Positions 1 through 11,320 of a stretch of DNA of 64,000 nt are shown piece by piece; position 1 is the stretch's first letter; each line of letters begins with the position of its first letter. The stretch is from Glaucostegus cemiculus (Eukaryota), in assembly GCA_976551045.1 (NCBI GenBank), contig CDPCPM010000050.1, positions 10,850,001 through 10,914,000 on the forward strand, written 5' to 3'. The notes under the pieces were generated by a model that saw only the letters and a program-made list of their open reading frames with translations, was not told where the DNA came from and searched no databases. The translations under genes were made by a program, and so were the position numbers.

Positions 1-1479
1 CTGTGGGAATTGTATTCTTAAGTTAATGTGCCGTGATCAGAAATAGTATTATCAGAAATAGTTTGACCATACGAATTTTACCATAACAGTTACTTGTTAA
101 GAACATGTTATTTTACAGTTGATGTACTGTTAGTTGTCTTTTCTAATTTAACTAATGTTAACAATTCTTTCTGAATTATAAAAACAACTGTTGGGTGAAG
201 GTTTCATTTCTAATTGCTGGCAAAGTTTGAAGCCGCAAGCAAAACTGTGGTTCACACTATATTTATGTAATCTTGGTAAAGCAAAAGTAACAATTTAATC
301 CTTTAATTATGCCAACCACAAGCTTCTGCCACAAGGGTACACATTGTGCCCAGAAAAGTGGATACTAATTTTCCAGTGTTTGAACCTTTAAGATTTGGCA
401 ATCTATCAACAATAAAAATGTAAATTAGGATTCATTTAGAAAATGTAATAACTGCACAAAACCAAAGGCACAATATGTGTAAAATATGTTTCACAGTTTC
501 TACAATTAATGCATTAATTTTTACTTAAAAATTGTGTCTGCTTCCAATTCCATTCAGTTATTCCCCATGCCCACACGTCACCTACCTTGTGCGACCTCTC
601 CGCTTTACCTAAAATGGTAAAAGCTAAGTTTCAGCATCCCTTTACTTTAGTATAGAATTGGCATAGAATTGATTGCTCATGGATTTCACATGTATTGAAT
701 GACTAAAAACGACGTTTTATTCTTCAATGTTCCTTGCCATCTGGCAACAACAGTGTTCTGCTACTTGTGAAGAATAAAGTCAATTTCACTTGTATGCAGA
801 GGTTCAAACAAAAAAATGTACTCTCTGCTTTAAAAATCTATCATTTTTAAATGTTCTCTACAGAGTTTGTTTTCCTCAGTGGGTTCTCAACTTCTGACAA
901 AGTCCATTGCAAAATGTACGGACTTACACACATTAGACATAAAGAGCTCAGACATGATGTGTGTAGTTTACTTAAGCGTTCCTCACACACTGTCTCTGGA
1001 ACCTTCGATAAATACTGTTGCAGCTCAGGGTACAGTTAGTCACATGACATACCATGAAGGGGTACAACATTATGTAACTTTAGAATTATTTATTCATACA
1101 TATTAAAAAGTGACCAAATCTACACTTGTATGTCGGGAAATATGAGTTTAGAGTAGAATAAAATGTCCTTCAGATAAAAAATAACTTCACTGCAGGGACC
1201 AGAAATATTCTAATCAACTTAATGTGATTCGAATTATATAAATGTATATATTTTTGTTCACTCTGCATACTCTGTAGCTATGCTGAACTCCAACCATATC
1301 TAAGCAAAACATTGCCTACTAGCCAATATTAGGTAATTGGGAATTCAGACCCAGCTAACTGGTTTTCTGATAGTAAATAAAAATGAGTAACTTACTCCTG
1401 TCACGTTGCATAACCCTGTAATGTACTGTGTAGTTGAACCCATAATTTTAACTTTGATATTTATGATCCATTTTTTACC

Positions 1480-2460
1480 ATTCATTTTCTGGGAATTGGG
1501 CATCACTGACAAAGCCAACTGGTCCCAAGGAGATACTGCAAGACCATCTTCTTGATTTGCTGCACTCCTTCTGATGGACTTCCCTTGCAGTGTTGTGGGG
1601 CAGGGAGCTGCAGGATTCAGATTTTGAAGGAGAGGAGATAGATTGCCAAGACAAGATGGCATGCTACTTAGAGGGGAATCTGCAGCTAGTGATGTGTCCA
1701 TGTGCTTATTTTTCTTGTCCTTAGTGGTAGAGGTTTGGTTGGCACTGTCAGAGTAGCCTGGATTTGCAGATGGTATGCCTTGCAGGTGCAGTGCATTTGT
1801 GGAGGATTGAATGAATGTTTATTGTGGTTGATGAGTGCTAATCAAGCAGGTTGCTTTGTCCTGAGCACAAGTTCAAGAATGAACAATCCAAAAAAACACT
1901 GACACAGGCAACAGGAAATAAAACAGAAAATGCAGGGAACACACAGCAGTTCAAACAACATTTGTGGAAAGAGAAAAAAATTATAACATTCTACAACTTG
2001 TGTTGTCCACAAGCTTCTTGAGTGCTGCTGGATTTTCATTCACCCAGGCAGTGCAAAATATGTAAACACACTCCTGACTTATGGCTTGTGGATAATGTCA
2101 GGAGATTAGTCACTTGCCACAGGATATATAGCCTCTAACCTGCCCTAGTAGTTATGCAGCTGGTCCAGCAGAGCTTCCAATCAATGATGTATCCCAAGAT
2201 GTAGATGGAAGGGTTGGCAGGGGGTGGGTGGGTGGGTGGGGAGGGGAAATAATAGTAATGACACTGAATATCAAGTGTAAGTGGTTAGACTCTCTCCGGA
2301 GATGATCATTCTCTGGCACTTCTGTGACATGAATTTTCCACTTATCAGCCCATTCCTGCTTGTGTTGTCTAGGTCAAGTCGAAGGCAGACATGGGCTGCT
2401 TCATTTACCCAGGAGTTACAAGTGGAATTGAACATTGTGAAAACATTCCCACTTCTGCTT
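1480..2460 (-). mobile_element. Degraded 3' part of an L2/CR1-group LINE (family with GGGCAATAAATG-type tail), interrupted at ~1866-2010
   Basis: Reverse complement of the RT C-terminal/3' region seen at 10300-11320 and 16250-17045 (e.g. ...ggcacttctgtgacatgaattttccacttatcagccc = ADKW..xF..KCQ). Confidence 0.75.
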
Positions 2461-2814
2461 TTGTATACATATAAGTATACCATAAACCTCTTTTCAATTG
2501 TTGCTAAATTGGTAGGACCAAAAGCAGAGTGTTCAAATGTTTTGATCTTATGATGGTTTAATTTCATGGTTAATCAATGCTGTTAAATATCTGTTATATA
2601 GCTATACAGATGTGAAACGTTTACTTGTACTGCATGTTTCTCCAGAAAACTTTCAACAAAAAAATGTGTACATGACTGAAATGATGTTCCCTTCATCATA
2701 CTTGTACCTTCCTATTAGACAATGTGGCTCTTTATACATTTTCTGTATGCAGGAAACATAAAAAAGAACCAAAGATTTCTATAAACATGCAGCAACATCT
2801 GAAAGTTTGAAGAC

Positions 2815-3032
2815 TCTCCAATCAAAGATAAGGTGCTGTTCCTTGAGATCAAACAGAAAATGATGCATACACTCAGCAGGTGAGGCAGCTTTTGTGGAGA
2901 GAGAAACTGAGTTAGCATTTCAGATTTATAACATTCCACAGTAAGTTATTGGCCTGAGAAGTTAATTCTTTCTCTTTTCACAAATGTTGTTTGAACTGCT
3001 GTGTGTTTCCTGTATTTTCTGTTTTATTTCCT
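2815..3032. mobile_element. Penelope-like retroelement terminal remnant forming an imperfect hairpin
   Basis: aaacagaaaatg..actcagcaggtgaggcagc..tgtggagagagaaac pairs with tttctcttttcacaaatg..ctgctg..attttctgtttt; preceded by aagataaggtgctgttcc (minus strand EQHLI, GIY-YIG C-terminus-like). Confidence 0.6.
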
Positions 3033-3517
3033 ATTAGCCATGTCAGTGGCTTTTTGGATTGTTGATTTTTGAACTTGTGTTGTACATTGTAGAGTGACTA
3101 ATCAAAAGGGGAGCTTTTTGAAGTCATCTAGAGACAATTCCAAACACGGTGCAATGTACGTGCTGCGACAAGTCAAATTTTAAATCAGTGAAGTATTCTG
3201 AGGGAATTTAGGAATATGTTTCAATAGGTTCTCTCTCCAGTTAACTTCAGTTAACGAATTACACTGCAACTTAAACAAACTAAGGAAAAAGCAATTGACC
3301 ACCAAATTTAGCATCACCACTTTACATTGTGTCTGTGCTATAAATGAACTATAGGAAGCAAAGTTATACATCATGAGAAATACATTGACGTCTCCTTTCA
3401 TCACTACCACCAGGGATGAGAAGAATAGCAAGTTCCCTTCTTTCATACATTTAGTGTTGTGAAACATATTTTCATATTAGTTTCATATTATATTTTTCAT
3501 CATTGTATTTTATTTCT

Positions 3518-3862
3518 TTTTACAACATGGATAGAGGTAATTCAACCATTGAGTCTATGCCAGCTCCCAGAGTAACCTCACCACTACCCCTGAGAGCAGG
3601 TTCTCTGCAATCCTCTCTCCTTCACATGCCCATCAACTCCCTGAATTTTCCTGTCACCCCTCCATACCAGGGGTACTTTATAACAGTCGATTAATCTACC
3701 ATCTGGTATATCTTTGGGCTTTAGGAGGAAACAGGAGTACCCAGGAGAAGTCCACATGGTCACAAGGAGAATGTGCAAACTCCAGTGAGATAGCACTGAA
3801 GGTGAGATCTGAACCAGGGCTGCTGACGCTGCAACACTATCTGCTACACCGCTGTGCCACCC
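3518..3862 (-). mobile_element. tRNA-derived V-domain SINE (HE1-like)
   Basis: Minus strand starts gggtggcacagcggtgtagcagatagtg.., B-box-like ggttcagatc, V domain ggagtttgcacattctccttgtgaccatgtggacttctcctgggtactcctgtttcctcc. Confidence 0.85.
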
Positions 3863-4149
3863 CAACACCATAATTGCCAGGACTGCAGGGTTTCTAAGAA
3901 AAGTTCTATTGGAATTTGAGACCAGCACTCTGAATAAAACCACACAATCCCAAGGGAAAAAGAAACATACCTCTTAGCTGCCTTAGTGATGCAGTGGGAA
4001 ATAAAAATAAATGTTTTCCCCAATGTGTCCCCATGCTAAAGTCCTGGTTTGATCCAAGACCAACTGGAAAGATGAGAAGCAGACTTGAGGTATTTGCCCA
4101 AGTTAAGTAAAGTCCCACATCAAACTGAGCTTCTTTAAAGCCATTTGTA

Positions 4150-4292
4150 CAGGTACTTGGACAGGAAAGGAGTTGAGGGATATGGGCCTAATGCAGGCAG
4201 CTGGACTAGGAGGGATAAACATTGTGGGTCAGCATGATGAGGTGGGCTGAACGGCCTGTTTCTATGCTGTACAGCGCTATGATTCTATGACT
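4150..4292 (+). mobile_element. CR1 LINE 3' end
   Basis: gagggatatgggcctaatgcaggcag...gggctgaacggcctgtttctatgctgtac...ctatgattctatga tail. Confidence 0.8.
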
Positions 4293-4686
4293 GTGGCTTA
4301 CCTACTTTACCACATTAACAAGGAGCTGGATTTATTACCCTATTTGGGTATATTGCTTTTCATGACATTAGCCGACAGAATCAGCAAAAAGAATAAAAAC
4401 ATTTAAAAGGAATTTTAATGACAGTAGAATTTTATCTTCATGAATCTTGGAAATATTTATGCTGTTAATACTAACATAAATTATATCTGGACTATTATGT
4501 ATTTGGCCAATCAAAAGACAAAATCTCTTTGTTGGCCCAACTAAATTTTTTATTGCATTTCAAATGGGGCCTCTTCTGTGGACAGAAATCTGTAGCTCCA
4601 GAGTTAGCGAGATATTGAATATCAGTCGATGGAAAGTGATAAACCAGATTTATACAAGGAGCGAAACACCCAAGAACTGAAAGAAA

Positions 4687-6987
4687 CAAATTCTTCCAGC
4701 TGCAGTTTCAATGGGATGCAACTCCTAATGCACACTGAATTTTTAATCAAATTTGCATCAAAATGCCCCTGATATCCTGAAGAGTAATCCAGTTAATCGA
4801 CAAATATGTAAGAGTTGGCCATTAGCACTTTGGGTTGTCATAAGTAGAGGAAGGATATCAACCACATTATATTCTTTGAAGTTTGGTTTAAGCATGGATG
4901 GATCGATCTACCTTTTACATCTGTGATCCTTCTTGTTTCATTATTTAGGCAATAGAAAGCAAATAGCGTTTTAGATACATTGATGATGAACAGAATCAAA
5001 CTGAATATTCTCGATGGTTAATCTTATGCATTTCTTCTAATCCATTGTAAACATACAGAATATTAATTAGATAGAAATAGGTAAGCTTTCTTTTTTCATG
5101 GTTGCAGTAATTTGGTATATATTACCAGGCCTTGTTTAATGTGACCAGTGTTAAATAATGAACAGATTCTGTTATGACATTCCCAGTAAGATTGCTTGGC
5201 TAGTTCGTTCAATGGTTTTGTAAACAACTTAGTAAACACTGTATATTCATTATCTTTACATATTTATGTGAGTTGTTTTTAAAGGTTAGGAGAAATAATT
5301 TTTAAAATTTAATTGAAATCAATTTCCTCTCGTGGAATTGCTGAACTGCGGTGTAGCTGTGTGAGAATCATTCTGTGTGCACAAAAGCAGTCATGTAGGG
5401 AGTGGAGGGTGTGGGTTGGTATATGCTATAATATGAGCCCCACTGATGATATAGTTGAGAAAATCTACACCAGCCATACCCCTGGCATAGCTTGTCAAAA
5501 TATTGAATGCCATGAATTTCTCTGATATTTAGAAACATTCAAAAATGATTTAAAACTCAAACAATTAGAAAAAACCTTAAAATTATAAAAAAGCTTTAGC
5601 GAAGAAACATGAACAAAAAGACATATTTCATTAAAGTCAATCAATTTCAAATCATAAATAAATTTCTTAATACTTACCTTGCAGCAATTTCACTCCAGCA
5701 CAGTTATTCAGGTGCTCCCCAAAATAAGTTCTGGGGGATTACAGCAAAGTTTTTTGCCCCCAGACTCTGAAGAAAGTCCAGTGTGTGACTACAGTTGGGT
5801 AAAGGCTCAGTAAGTGGGAACCGCTAGTTCATAACTGCAGCACTTTAGCATGCATGCACGCAGAACTGGCATAGGGTTGAAGGGCCTGATGGGCTCCTTC
5901 GGTGACATAATTGTTTCTGATCCTATGAATCCAGAGTTCAAAGACAATAATACAGAGAAATGATAAGCAGTCCTGGGTAGAACTGCCAACATTTCCCCAC
6001 AAAATCAAGCCAATATGTTTACTTGTGAATGACTTTTTCATTCTAACTAAGTCCATCTGACTCTGCCACAATGTAAGATGTGCAGTAGCTGAATAAAAGT
6101 CATATTGTTTCAAAGTTTTCTTGCTAGTTTTGGCTTTATGCCCTTCTTGTTACCCTTATATTACTGGAGCATTTTAAGCTAAGCATTATATGCAACAAAA
6201 CATTCTTCTATGCAATTAAAATGCTTTTATATAGTTAATGCTAATAAACTTAAATATGGTACATTTGTTTTAAATCTGTTTAAAAAGACTTGCACTTGTA
6301 TAACACATTCCCTAATCTTACAGTATTCTAAATGCCTGACATACAATGAAGTCCTTCCTAAACGTTGTCTACTTCACCTTTTAATTTTTCTTGTAATATA
6401 GGAAATATTGAAACCAAATGGCATGCAGTGGGACCTCCCAAAAGAGCATAGAGTAGTTCTGAAAAGTGAATCTGCTAAACAATGTGATTACTAGAGTTTT
6501 GTGTAAACAAGAATTCAATGTGATGGGGGAAGACGATGCTCACTAACTTAATCCAAAGGACAAGAATAATTTTATAAAAAATAAAGTAATAAGTTTATTT
6601 AAAAAATAAAAATCGGAAGTAATTAAGTCAAACACCTCAACATTAAATTGCATTAAACAAATGTTTAATACTCTGAGTAAACTAAGAACACACTCAATAA
6701 CTAATGATGGGACGACTGAGGCCAATTGTCTGCCAATCCTGTGCTATTTGTGGGTTACGGTTATAAAACCCTTGATCCATGCTTAAACCAAACTTCAAAG
6801 ACTGAAATGTGGATGGTATTCCTCCTCTACTCATGCCCACCCAAAGTGCTAATGTTTAACCCTCATATATTTGTCAGTTAACTGGATTACTTATCAGGTT
6901 AACAAGGACATTTTGATGCAAATTTGATTGAAAATTTAATGTGCATTAGGAGTTGCACCCCATTGAAACTGCAGCTGGAAGAATTTG
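4687..6987. repeat. 213-bp inverted repeat pair (4687-4899 and 6775-6987) around a 1.9-kb spacer
   Basis: Ungapped reverse-complement alignment, about 28 mismatches by hand count (~87%). Confidence 0.92.
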
Positions 6988-7229
6988 CTTAAGCTCAGGA
7001 TTTCTATTTTGGTGTCACTGCAGAAGTCTGAGAATTTCCTGACACATGTGTACTTAAAGGTGGTCACCCTCCCCACCTACAAAACATTTACAAGAACAGT
7101 AAGTGTGCAGCTATTTTGTTGTTTGGAAAGCAATTTTCATTGCAATAGCTTTCATCAGTTCTCAAGAAAGTCATTCTCAGTTTGGTATTCAGAGAAGTGC
7201 AGGCTAGAGCACAGTGAGAGCCTGTGGGA

Positions 7230-9090
7230 AAAATTACAATCCAGGACAGCATGGCAAAGAGTAGAAACCCAGTGATAATAGGATATGTGATAGTTGGGTG
7301 AATGGATAGGATTTCTCCAACAACCAGTACAAGTTTTGCATGCTGAGGTACCTCTCTATCACAAGATAAAGCAGATTCTATGGGAAGAAGAGTAAAGGAC
7401 AAAATCTGTGGCCACTGTTGGATCAAATCATGTAGGCAGGGAAGAGTGTTGATATACTTTAGACAGATTGTCAAGAGCTAGAAAGGAGGCTAAAGTCTGG
7501 GGGATGGAGACTAAATCGGACACTGTCTTAATCAGGACATGAGGATCATAAGGTGAAGTTAGCTCACGGTTTTTCAACGGGTGCAGGGAGCACCACATGT
7601 TCGTCCTGCTGCTAATTATCAATATTTTAATATCCAGAAGGCAATAAATCTGTTGTTGATTAGCCCCAGCGTATCACAAAGAGACCCAATTTTATGAGTG
7701 GATAACACCACTTCAGGCTAATTTTTGAGAGTTAATGCCTACCTGTACTTCTTAAAGGGAGAGGGGTGGCATTGTGGCTGCAATGAGTTCTGGAAGTTGT
7801 TTTGGAAGGCATAGCCCTCTGTGGGAGAAAACAAACCATCCAGCATCCAGATACTGAACTGAAGGCTTTTGTGGAAGAGGTAGAGAGGAGGAGTGACTTA
7901 AACTAAACTTTGTAGCCAAGAAATCCTCTATATATGAACACAAAAGGAGATACTTGTGAAATCAAACACTAGGAGTCAAACTCTGAGAACCTGGAATGTA
8001 AATTCTTTGACCTCACATGTATAATCAAGGTCAGTGAATCCATCTACAAATACCATTTCCCACCAACTTCATCCCAACCTTAGTAAACTGCCAACCAACA
8101 ATAATGACATTGTTGGTTGGCATGGTGACATGGTGACATGTAAAGATGACATGGTGTGGTGGTTAAGCTACTGGACTAGAAGACACATTTCTGGACCACT
8201 GGTCTAAGGACATGAGTTCAAATCTCATAATGGCAACTGAAGAATTTAAATTCAAGTAATTAAATAAATCTAGTCCCAGTAATGGTAACCAAGATTATCA
8301 TAAAATTCTGTTTGGTTCACTAATGTCCTCCATGGAAGGAAATCCAGCACCCAGTCTTCCTAAATTTGACTCCAGACAGCCTCCTCAGGGGCAACTAGGG
8401 ATGGGCAATAAATGCTGGTATTTCCAGCCAGATCCACATTCAATTATCAAATATTTAAAAGGTTAGCACTGCTCAAGGTAGACAAGACAGCCAGCCCAAA
8501 AAGGGATATGTTCTAGGTTGCTGAGGAAAATGAAAGTGAAGATTGCAGAGATTCTGCTGCTGGACAGATGAATGGTTCTAGTTGACTCCAGAATTGCAAA
8601 CATTGTACCTCTGTTGAATAAATATGGAGAGGGATATGTCACACATTTAGAGTCAATTCAGTCAAAGGTATCCCAACATCTTTGAAAAGGTGCCACATAA
8701 CCGGTACTTCCACAAGATTATGGCTTAGAGGGAAAAGATAGACTATTTTAAGGATCAACAGTAGCAAATTTAAAGGAATTATGGTTAGAAGTTTCTCTAA
8801 ATATTTTCAGCCTTTAGCTGAAGGGTCAAAGTCCAGCGTCAGCTGGGGGGCATAGACTTAACATAATTTAAAGTAACTGGTAGAAGGATTAGAGGGGAAC
8901 TCAGGAATTTTTTTTTCCCTACATGATGGTAGGCGTTTGGATCTTCCCGTCTGAGAGGGTGATAGAAGCAGATAACCTTGTCCCATTTTAAAATGGCCTG
9001 GATATGCACTTGAACAGCTGCAACCTACAGGGCTATGGAAGGTGAGATTAGATTGGGAAAGTATGCAATAATAAATGAAACCCAGCACAG
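7230..9090 (+). mobile_element. Highly degraded, internally deleted CR1 LINE (ORF1 esterase, ORF2 start, pre-RT region, 3' end)
   Basis: VIIG..IV....DR and VGSNHVGR (SGNH-like ORF1) at 7270-7445; LYMNT at ~7927; LKVDK../RLLR../RIANIVPL at 8470-8620; CR1 3' region at 8860-9090. Confidence 0.6.
8145..8455 (+). mobile_element. tRNA-derived SINE with L2/CR1-group tail
   Basis: A-box-like tggtgtggtggttaag, B-box gagttcaaatc, body ggttcactaatgtcc..ggaaggaaatc, tail ggggcaactagggatgggcaataaatgctgg shared with the LINE ends at ~16980 and ~46790. Confidence 0.8.
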
Positions 9091-9164
9091 TTGTCAAAGT
9101 AATTCCTACCAGTCTTCTGCACCTGGATATACAAAGTCACTCAGACACCTGCAGCATTTCCCAG

Positions 9165-9343
9165 TCTCTCCCCATTTAACAAAATACTCAGCATTTCTGT
9201 TTCATCCACCAAGTGGATAACCTCACATTTTTCCACATTGTACTTATTGCCACTTTACTCAGCCTGTCTATATCCTCTTGAAGTCTTTTTACATCCTGAT
9301 CACTGCATCACATCCCCACTTGATATTATGTCATCAGCAATCT
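9165..9343 (-). mobile_element. CR1 RT fragment
   Basis: Minus strand ADD motif (gctgatgac) followed by a NVEKCEVIH-like segment (aatgtggaaaaatgtgaggttatccac). Confidence 0.7.
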
Positions 9344-9479
9344 ACTGAATCAGCTGGGCATGGTGGAAAAGATGATAACAATTCGCCTTCTGTCTCATGG
9401 AAATCATCCACAGATTTCTCCCTTTGATCATTATGTCTGCTAGAAATGGACTGGTGTTTGTTGCAATGTCGGAAGTGCT

Positions 9480-11320
9480 TGGATGATTCATCTTGGCTTC
9501 CCCCATGAGAACCCCATCATCACAGGGAACAGTCTTCAACCAATTCATTCCAGTTCCTATCAAAAAAACAGCTGAGATCATTAGATGCAGCAATGGTTCT
9601 GGGATCAGGCAACATCCCAGCTGTAGTACTTAAGGACTGTGCTTCAGAATTAGTTGCATCTCTAGCCCCACTGTTCTATATTTGCTACAACACCACCTTC
9701 CACCTGACAATGTGAAAAGTTTCCCAGATTGTTCTGTCTACAAAAACAGGTTAAATCCAGTCCGGCTTACAGCCACACTCCCAGAGTACTCACAGGTATC
9801 AGCAATGAAGAAAGGTGTCATCAACACTCCTCTTTACTCACCAACAGGGTGCCCACTGAAGGTCAGTTTCAGTTTCACTATTTGGCTCCATCCCTCAGCA
9901 TAGCCTTGACCCAAACCTGCACCAAAGAGCTGAGTTGCTGAGGCAACGTGAGAGTAACTGTTCTTGATATCAAAGCAACATTTGACCAGCTGTAGGCAGG
10001 CACGGTAGCATAGTGGTTAGCATAATGCTTTACAGAGCCAGTGACCTGGGTTCCAATCTGGCCACTGTCTGTGAGGAGTTTGTACGTTCTCCCTGTGTCT
10101 GTGTGGGTTTCCTCTGGATGTTCCGGTTTCCTCCCACATTCCAAAGATATGCAGGTTAGAAAGTTGTGGGCATGCTATGTTGGTGCCGGAAGCATGGCAA
10201 CATTTGATGGCTGTCCCCCCAAATCACTGCGCAAAAGATGTATTTCATTGTGTGTTTCGATGTACATGTGACTAATAAAGATCTTATCTTATCTGTGGCA
10301 CCTAGGAGCCATGTCAAAACTGAAGTCAATGAGCAGCAAGGGGAAAACACTCTAATGGTCAGAGCCATACCTCACACAGAGGAAGACATTTGTGCTGGTG
10401 GTCGTTGAAGGTCAACCATATCAGCTCTTTGATTTCACTGCAAGAATTCTTTAGGGCAGTGTCCTAGGCCCAACCATCTTAAGCTGCTTCACTAATGGCC
10501 TTCCTTCCACCACAAGGTCAGAAATGAGGATGCTTACAGATGATACACATTGTTCACTTTCTTTTGTGTCCCTTCAGAAAATAAGACAATCTATCCCTGC
10601 ATGCAGTAGGGCGAGGACAACATTCCCGCATGGATTGATGAGTTGTGCATAATATTCATACCACCAAAGAGCCAAATAAGAGGGAAATTCAACAAGAGAG
10701 AGTCTAACCACCTGTCCTCAACATCACTTAGTCCCCAACCATCAACGTCTCAGGGATCACTATTGCTAGATGCTCAACTGGACCAGTCACAGAAATACTG
10801 GGCTGCAAGAGCAGAGCAGAGGCTGGTGTCCTGTGGCAAATAACTTTCTTCCCAACAACATAGAGCCCTTCTGCCATTGTAAGGCACATTAAGAGTACAA
10901 TGGAGCACTCTCCATTTGCCTGGATGAGTGCATTGCCAACAAGCTTAATACCACCCAGGACAGATCAGACTACTTTATTGCCTCTATCTACCATCCTAAA
11001 CATTTGTTTGCTCAATCACTGGTGAACAGAGGACGCAGTGTGTACCTTCTACACATATTCTGCAGTTAGTTAAGTGGACTATTCTAACAGCACGTCCCAA
11101 ACGCATGGCCTCCACCACCAAGAATGATGACAGCAGCTAGATTCTCCTTCAGTCACATACCATCCTGACTTGGAAATCCCCATTCCTTCATTATCACTGT
11201 CCTAAATCCTGAAATTCCCACCTCAGCAACATTGTGGCATGCATTGACCAGAAGGACTGTAGTGGTTCACCCCTACCTTCTTGAGGAAAGCTATCCTTGC
11301 CTAAGTTCCTAAAAATCAAT
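9480..11320 (+). mobile_element. Degraded L2/CR1-group LINE ORF2 (RT) to 3' end
   Basis: NIPAVVLKDCASEL, LDIKATFD, GSVLGPTI, TDDT (catalytic motif); many frameshifts and stops. Confidence 0.9.
9994..10292 (+). mobile_element. V-domain tRNA-SINE inserted in the LINE RT
   Basis: ggcacggtagcatagtggttagc A-box, gggttccaatc B-box, V domain, tail gtacatgtgactaataaag(atctt)n; CTGT on both sides (9990-9993, 10293-10296). Confidence 0.92.
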
